A stretch of DNA of 64,000 bases from Octopus sinensis (taxonomy: Eukaryota): the NCBI RefSeq assembly GCF_006345805.1, contig NC_042999.1, forward strand, positions 143,282,001 to 143,346,000, in the 5' to 3' direction. Shown piece by piece: positions 55,218 through 64,000 of this stretch. The translations under genes were made by a program, and so were the position numbers. Numbering within the stretch: position 1 is the stretch's first letter; every line of letters begins with the position of its first letter. Below the pieces are notes generated by a model. It was not told the DNA's origin. It saw only the letters and a list, made by a program, of their open reading frames with translations, and searched no databases.

Positions 55218-55944
55218 GTGGGAGAGGGAGTGATTTGCACATACACATAGATAAATAGATAGGCAGACACAAGCATAAACAGAGAAATCGAATGAGATGA
55301 AAGGATTGGGTGTAAGGTGGAGGGGAACTGAAGTAAAATATGGCGAGGTAGAGGGAAAACGAAAGAGTGAAAGGATAAGACATGCAGAAAAAAATCCCAA
55401 AAAACAGACCAGTAGACAGACAGATCCGACAGACAAATTGACGCAGATGGAAAGACGAACAAAAACGGCGTATACGTTGGCAAACACGGGCCATCTCTAT
55501 ATGAAAGCTGTCCTAATTACAAGAACAAATACACTGTGTTAATTTAAATGCAAGCATGCATATAAATGCATAATTCATAAGCATCAAACAAACGCTGCAT
55601 AGTTTCGATACATTTCAAATGAATCAACGATCGGTATGTTTGTTTAGGTTTTGGCATCGGCTGAAAATTTTTCAGAAAATTCGTCGGTTCTCTTTTCCTA
55701 ACATACGTTACTATTGATGGTAGTCTAAAGGTTGGTGATTCGACCATAATTTAGCAATGTTTTGCTATAACGCCTGTAGCAAGAGTATTTTCTACACATG
55801 CCGCTTATAACACAACGAAAGTAGTTGATATACCGACAATCTACCAAACAAAGCATCAATAGTTTATATTCTACTACTAGTACCGAATAGTATCTGTAAC
55901 CATGACTGCGACTAATTTAGTCAATCTCTATGCAAATAACTTGA

Positions 55945-56075
55945 ATGGTTCCGGGTTCAGTCCCACTGCGTGGCACCTTGGGAAACTGTCTTCTACTATA
56001 GCCTCGGGTCGACCAAAGCCTTGTGAGTGGATTTGGTAGACGGAAACTGAAAGAAGCCCGTCGTATATATGTATA

Positions 56076-56143
<68 letters not shown>

Positions 56144-56380
56144 TATGTGTGTGTATGGTATGTTAGTACGTCTGTGTTTGTCCCCCACCCCCAACATCGC
56201 TTGACAACCGATGCTGGTGTGTTTACGTCCCCGTAACTTAGCGGTTCGGCAAAAGAGACTGATAGAATAAGTACTAGGCTTACAAGGAATAAGTCCTGGG
56301 GTCGATTTGCTCGACTAAAGGCGGTGCTCCAGCATGGCCACGGCCAAATGACTGAAACAAGTAAATGAGTAAAAGAGTTA
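55945..56380 (+). mobile_element. SINE family B
   Basis: atggttccgggttcagtcccactgcgtggcaccttggg...long internal (TA)n...gactgaaacaagtaaatgagtaaaagag. Confidence 0.9.
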
Positions 56381-56800
56381 CATCTTATAGCTACTGAAAG
56401 TAAGAGAGCCATTGTTGAATTGACATATTTTGGTTAAATTAAAAGAGTTTATTGAATTACTCCAATAGGTAAAGCTAAAAATGAATAAAATACACAAGTC
56501 TTCGGCGAAAATTATGGTTCAGCACAATCATGCGTTCACATACAATAAAAGGGGCTAGTTTCTTAACATTTTCCCATTTTAATGATTCAGTTCGACACTG
56601 GTACGATGTTGACGAAAACCACAAAAATGGCAAAATATCGGTATCTATCACTTCTGAATAGGATTAGGGGGCGAGTTGTCTCTCCTGTCTATGATATTCA
56701 GTCAGGTGCTTTAACACCCAGCGCTTTGAGAGAGTCATCCCCACCGCACTAAATCGCAGTGTACAGGCGGACAAGTAAAACACATGCATTAAGTGCAGTA

Positions 56801-56805
<5 letters not shown>

Positions 56806-56888
<83 letters not shown>

Positions 56889-57598
56889 CCCACACATTTA
56901 TATATACGTGTATGTGTCAATATGTGTGTATAAACTGTAGCATATTATTGTAACTCATGCACACAAACAAGAAAATGGTCAATGCATGCTATATTAAATG
57001 AAATCTGGTATGTATGAGTGTGTGTGAGTTTGTATGTGTGATTGTTTGTGTGTGTGTGTGTGTTTGTTTGTTTGTGTGTGTTTGTTTGCGTGTGTGTGTG
57101 TGTGTGTGTGCGTGCGCGCGCGTGCATGCCTCTGTGTATGTATGTAAATACATATATATACTCACACACATATGCATATGTATGTGCGAGTGCGCATGTA
57201 ACTATAAATAAATCACAATAAACCCATGCCATATTTTCACGTCTCACGTCCACTGAGGATTGTTAATATTCATTTATATATTTGCTTGAAAGAATGACAT
57301 GGATTTAATCTAATAGATAATCCCTACTACATAAGCACAAACGCATGTGCACACTCACACGTACAGACATAGACATATGTATGTGTGTGTTTGTGTACAC
57401 AACTGCATCATAAAATAGTTGTCATAATTATTCAAAACATATATATATATATATACCGTTACATTCACTGAAATGTAGTGGAAATTAACGAGAGGTCATG
57501 CCGTATGTAACGGTATGTGTCTTTGAAATAGCTATAACTAGGCTTCCTCGATGTAGTTAAGCGTCAGTACACTTAGATCAAATTACTTGCCAAGCAAG

Positions 57599-57689
<91 letters not shown>

Positions 57690-58399
57690 CACACAACTTA
57701 TATATACGTGTATGTGTCAATATGTGTGTAGAAACTGTAGCATATTATTGTAACTCATGCACACAAACAGAAAATGGTCAATGCATGCTATATTAAATGA
57801 ATCTGGTATGTATGAGTGTGTGTGAGTTGTATGTGTGATTGTTTGTGTGTGTGTGTGTTTGTTTGTTTGTGTGTGTTGTTTTGCGTGTGTGTGTGTGTGT
57901 GTGTGCGTGCGCGCTCGGCGCGCGTGCATGCCTCTGTGTATGTATGTAAATACATATATATACTCACACACATATGCATATGTAGTGCGAGCCGTGCGCA
58001 TGTAACTATAATAAATCACAATAAACCCATGCCATATTTTCACGTCTCACGTCCACTGAGGATTGTTAATATTCATTTATATATTTGCTTGAAGAATGAC
58101 ATGGATTTAATCTAATAGATAATCCCTATACATAAGCACAAACGCATGTGCACACTCACACGTACAGACATAGACATATGTATGTGTGTGTTTGTGTGTA
58201 CACAACTGCATCATAAAATAGTTGTCATAATTATTCAAAAAATATATATATATATATATACCGTTACATTCACTGAAATGTAGTGGAAATTAACGAGAGG
58301 TCATGCCGTATGTAACGGTATGTGTCTTTGAAATAGCTATAACTAGGCTCTCGATGTAGTTAAGCGTCAGTACACTTAGATCAAATTACTTGCCAAGCA

Positions 58400-58470
<71 letters not shown>
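56806..58470. repeat. ~800-bp tandem duplication delimited by (TA)n tracts
   Basis: About 56880-57598 is repeated at about 57685-58401, each copy ending ttacttgccaagcaag then (TA)n. Confidence 0.93.
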
Positions 58471-58476
<6 letters not shown>

Positions 58477-58522
58477 GCCAAACAAGTACAACTCGTATAT
58501 ACATATACATGCATTCATTCAT

Positions 58523-58553
<31 letters not shown>

Positions 58554-58616
58554 TATGTATAACGTGAAACCATTAATTCAGGCACATTTTTTTTTCTCCG
58601 TATTCTTTCGCCTCTC

Positions 58617-58795
58617 CGTTATCTTCCTTCCTTTCCGCAGAAGAAAGAAAGCACGAAGCGTTATCTTCCTTCCTTTCCGCAGAGAAAGAAAGCACGAAGC
58701 GTCAGACTCTTCCATTTTCTTTGAGCGTTAAACTAATACGCCTTGTTTGTACCTCTCCTCTTACCCGTCTCTGTCTTCTGTTTTTTGCCTTTCGT
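58617..58795 (+). mobile_element. Penelope-like pseudo-LTR fragment with a tandemly duplicated, degenerate hammerhead segment
   Basis: cgttatcttccttcctttccgcaga(a)gaaagaaagcacgaag occurs twice, then cgtcagact...tgagcgttaaactaatac, similar to the 39468-39772 element. Confidence 0.55.
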
Positions 58796-60255
58796 ACAAT
58801 TTTGAACCACACACACATACCCACACACACCACACGTATATATGCACACACACACACACATATATATATATGCACACACATATACATACACATACATATA
58901 TTTATGTGTGTAATTGCGCGCGTGTGAATGTGTGTATGTCTCTGTGCGTAAAATGAATACATGTTATTTTCTACTCAGTATAAGTTGCCCAGTGAAATCA
59001 TTTATTATTAGCAGAAAACTTTTCAATTGTTATCCAAAGTGCCTTCTCTTTGTTCTGATAATTATTAAGAAACAGTTTTATTCTTCCCAAAATCACTTGA
59101 AAGTAATTGTGGATCTCAATTATTGGGAGTAGACAGCTTTAAGCTTTACGAATATACAAAAATAACATAGGTGTGTATATGATTAAAATGATAATGTTTC
59201 AAATTAACATACTTTGTCTATTGATTTCTTATGAAGCACAAACTCTTAAATACAGGGGGTGAGTATCGTGTCATAAGTATCGAATATGTAATACACATAT
59301 ATTAGCAACGAAACCCAATAATGAAGTTTTAGTGCTAATAAATAAATTTCCAGTTTCGTCACGTAAAACTATGGTGTCACAGTAGAAGCGAGTTCGTTCC
59401 TATCTTTCCCCCGAATGTGGTCAACATCTTCACATGTCTTCCATCCATCCTCGTATGTATTACTGTTGTCACATTGGAGTCGATACCCCTATTGGGTTTT
59501 CTATCTTCTATATCTTTATTCCTCCATAAAACTTCTTTGGTCGTTTGTTCTGTTGAACTTTCCTTCTCTTGTACTTTCTTTTTAAAGATATTAATCATGT
59601 GACTCGTCTTTCAGCAAGTTCTTATTCTTTCTCTGCTGGTGACCCACCTATAAGAAATGTTTCTACACTAGTATTTTCTTTCTTCCAACAAATGACTTAT
59701 GGAACTCACTTCATTCTTTTGTTTCCCTAATAAATACAAGTATAATTCTTTTAAATCATGAATTGATCTTTTAAGGTTGTCTGGACAGCTCATTACATCT
59801 TTTCCCTTTCCTTGAACCCGTTTTATTGCTGGCCTCGTTGTTAGGGAGTGAATTCTAATAAGGTGTCAGCAAGAAACAAATTTATGTTCAACGGTACAGT
59901 GTGTGTCTATGTGTGTGTGTGTGTGTGTGTGAAAGCATTCATACACACAGATATACGTTAATGAAAAAGATTGATGAGCATGGAGAAAAAGAGAAAATGA
60001 GTAACAGATAGATATAACGATGTAGTCTGATGAGAAATCTGATCAACAGTTGCATATTTAACACTATGAAACCCGCAGCTATTGGTCGAGTGAACACATA
60101 GATGAGCCAGAGATTAATTAATCGATAGAATACTATTTACAAGGGGTTCAGAAATACTGTTTAGTAACAACCTCAACTATCACACGCGATGACGACGACG
60201 ACGACGACGACGACCACCACCACCACCACCACCACCACTACTGCTGCTGCTGCTG

Positions 60256-60297
<42 letters not shown>

Positions 60298-60556
60298 AAG
60301 GGCACGCGTGATCGAATTCTCCCCTCCAATTCCCTTCCCAATTCATCATTGCTAATTATATTCATAGACATTGAAGAAATGAAAAATATAATCGATCTCA
60401 GTTGGATTCGAACTCAGGAAATAACCATATGCTATAAGTTATTTTAATTATGTTGCCCTATCGTGTCTACCGCTCACAACCCTCATGAATAATAATAATA
60501 ATAATAATAATAATACTACTAATAATAATAACAATATTAATAATAATAATAACAAT

Positions 60557-60603
<47 letters not shown>

Positions 60604-60771
60604 TAATATGATATATGATGATGATGATAATAATCGTTCGCCGCATCAACATAAACTTTCTGCCTTCAGTTAGAAGAGGAGTATCGTGAATTGAGTCGAA
60701 AACTATATTTATATATATTCCTGAAACATATATATATATATACATATATATATACACATTCATACATGCAT

Positions 60772-60816
<45 letters not shown>

Positions 60817-61139
60817 CATACACCATGCATACATATCGATCGTACACAGATGAATGCACATGTCCTCTTCAAACAGATTTCCATTCACACGGCAGAGAAA
60901 AGGCTTTAAATAATAAATATATCCTAAAAGATTCACTTCGAAGCAACATGGTTCCGTGTTCGCGTCCACCCTGTGGTACCTTGTGCAAGTGTCGTAGTGT
61001 TGGTTTGCACAATACCTTGTTAATGAAGTTTTGTATATTATGTACACACACACACACACAGATACATATGTATACACCTGCACATTATATATATATACAT
61101 ACACATATACATATATACATACATGTGTATGTACACCTA

Positions 61140-61203
<64 letters not shown>

Positions 61204-61420
61204 CGTCTGTCTTTCTGTCTGTCTGTCTGTCTGTTTATCATAATAACAAACATTAATACACATATGACATACACTCGCGTGCGCACACACACACACATAC
61301 ACACACTCATAAGGATGCTGTTTCTAAAATGTGGTTTCGTGCCGTGCAATTTAAAGCTAATTCATACTTTTTGACTAATACCATATTAATTCCGTTCTAT
61401 AACTGTCACTCATGCGGAAC

Positions 61421-61567
61421 GGAGATTAAGTCGATTACATCGCCCCCAGTGCGTAACTGGTACTAATTTTATCGGTCCCGAAAGAATGAAAATCAATGAA
61501 AGAACGTTACAGCAGACGAAATACTACTAGCATTTCGCCCGTCTGGCTAACGATTCTGCCAGCTCGC
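61421..61567 (-). mobile_element. SINE family A, internally deleted
   Basis: gattaagtcgattacatcgcccccagtgcgtaactggtact...gcagacgaaatactact.gcatttcgccc...gattctgccagctcgc. Confidence 0.85.
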
Positions 61568-62905
61568 AGCCCTTTAATATCACAATATAGTTTTCTGTCT
61601 ACATATTTACAGGCAATCAGGCAGGCAGGCAGAAAGAGAGACAGATAGATAGGTAAAACTTTTATGTGCATGTATGTGGCAATAAAATTTGTCAATAAAT
61701 ATCGGTAAATGATGTAGACATCTATAAGAAAATTGAAAACCGATACGTTTCGAAGCAGGGTCTTTGTGATATTTGTCTTGAATCGATTGATAGATATTCC
61801 CTTCTCACTCTTGTCAAAAATGCAGCGAAGTATTGACTCCTCTGTTGGAACTGAGTAACCAACAACGCTATGCTTAATTAATTGTGATGCAAAATAAATA
61901 AACATATAAAATACAGCATTCATTCACAATTTAATGACAATACACAAGTTGTACGAACATCGAATACAGTGACCAAATGCGACACGGTCACCCAGAGAGT
62001 GAAATTAAATGACAATATTAATTTAATGGTGGTTTGAATAGTTAAAGGAAACCAAGCGTGTATGTTGATCAAAGGCTTTCCCGCCATACCCATCTCGTAT
62101 AGGACTGAACTGTCCAATGTACTTCACCATTCCCTTCTTTTACAGAATTAGAATTCTCAGGGATTCCCTCTCCGATTGACTTTTCTGCAGATATTTACCG
62201 GCAAATATTCAAGCTGAACATCAACCGCATTAATCTCATCAACCCGGTAGACTTAAAAAGGTCATAGCCTTGCCCCCTTACTTTTACTTATATAAATGTG
62301 GGCCAACGAGGAAGGCTAACGATAGCAACCAAATTCTCATCAAATTATACACCACCCATCGTTGAAAAAAAGATAAGCAAGCTATATCAGAACTGCTCAG
62401 TTCGAAACGTTGCTATTCTAAGAACAGGTTTATACACAATATAAACAGTGTTGATCGCAAGACTAATTGATTAAACATAACACTATAGCATAGGCAGCAC
62501 GAGCTCAACAGAATAGTTAAAAAGATCGCTTCGCAATTACGAGAACCCAGGTTTGATTCCAATGTGTGGTGTCTTGGATAGTGTCTTATATCATAGTCGA
62601 CTCAACCACTGTGAGTGAAATTAGATAGCCGAAAACTGTGTCGGACGGGATATATAAATATAATTAAAGGCCAAATCAGTTAGCAGATAATTCAGTGGAC
62701 GGATCAACTGAATACTCACCATGAAACAGACGTTGGTCAATTTACTTACAACGGAAGGAACAGCAAATAAATACCTAAACATGACATATAACAATTAAAT
62801 TGAAAATGTAGATGAAGTATAACGCTTGCTTTTACAACAAAAGCCAACTTTATAGTTGGCTTTTGTTGCATATACTCAGCCTACACTCAGCACTTTGTTA
62901 TTGAT

Positions 62906-63032
<127 letters not shown>

Positions 63033-63958
63033 TGCCCGCCTGTTCTCTTCAACTAAGAATTGGATTAAACAAAATACGAGCCTTCATTGTGTGTCTGTGT
63101 TTGTATAAATGTGTACATGCACACACAGACACAGGCACATGGATTAATACGCGTACAAACACATTCTAGCTGTCAATCTTCATTTACTTCTCCCTCATCC
63201 GACTGATATTAGAAGCCTTGTGATCAACCCAATTAACACCTAATGCAACAAGTCTCAACTTGCTAAGTTTGGAACACCTCACTGTCAATATTTTGCGTGC
63301 AAAGGTATGTATATTTTGTTTCTTTTTCTGTTGTCTGTTTTCGCTTTGTTTATATTTATCATTACTATGCCAACGGAGTGCATGTGTGTGTGTGTGTGTG
63401 TGTGCATGCATTGGTACTATGCCAACGGCAGACAGCCAACTGACCCCCGTCCAATGATAGCATGAGTGACTATGGTGTATCACAGCCTTATTGAGAAATG
63501 TCGTCGTATCGGAAGTGGATGCAGACGGAAGCTTATGGAGGAAATTGCTTCCTTTGACAGTCGAGAGCTTGTAATAAATGTTTGTGCGCATGTATGTATG
63601 TATGTATGTATGTATGTATGTATGTATGTATGTATGTATGTATGTATGTATGTATGTATGTATGTATGTATGTATGTATGCGAGTATGTGTGTATGTATG
63701 TATCGATATCTATACACACACGCACACGCATACACATGCATGCATGCGTACATACTCACGCACGACGCACACATGATTGTCCATGCATTAAAGCTAACGT
63801 ATATGTAAGCATCAGTGCACACATGAAAATATCTCTCTCCTATGGTGTAGAGCTCTATGTGTGCATGAGTTATGCATGGGTGCACATACAAGAATATATG
63901 CAGTCATACATGCATAGGCATATACTCTCATACATACATACATACATACATACATACA

Positions 63959-63994
<36 letters not shown>

Positions 63995-64000
63995 TATATA

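Noticed and set aside
60025-60050. CTGATGA hammerhead seed (also about 49886)
   Set aside because: No stem II followed by GAAA
63184-63891. 235-aa minus-strand ORF
   Set aside because: About half is (TACA)n/(CA)n; no recognisable domain or exon boundaries

Overview
This is not a prokaryotic window. It is AT-rich, gene-poor animal DNA saturated with microsatellites, and its tRNA-derived SINE families and repeat landscape point to an octopod cephalopod (my recollection of Octopus repeats; no search was run). Almost all ORFs in the supplied track are translations of simple repeats or SINEs. The only well-supported host coding sequence is one 676-nt internal exon on the minus strand (17666-18341, canonical splice sites, product unidentified), so most of the window is probably large introns or intergenic DNA. 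The rest is mobile-element debris: at least three tRNA-derived SINE families (called A, B and C here), R4/Dong-like LINE fragments next to (TAA)n tracts plus a ~555-bp non-coding (TAA)n-embedded retroposon, Penelope-like fragments with minimal hammerhead-ribozyme motifs and inverted termini, a Tx1/L1-like 3' end, a broken DD34D mariner transposase, an internally deleted mariner, two hAT MITEs with 8-bp TSDs, and several non-autonomous Helitron-like elements. There is also a 100-N gap and an ~800-bp tandem duplication that may be an assembly artefact. No new host system can be demonstrated from the sequence. The best leads are a hammerhead with a non-canonical core (CUGUGGA), the non-coding TAA-targeting retroposon, the apparent partition of microsatellite types among element classes, and the orphan exon. 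Repeat boundaries are approximate unless a TSD or TIR is quoted.
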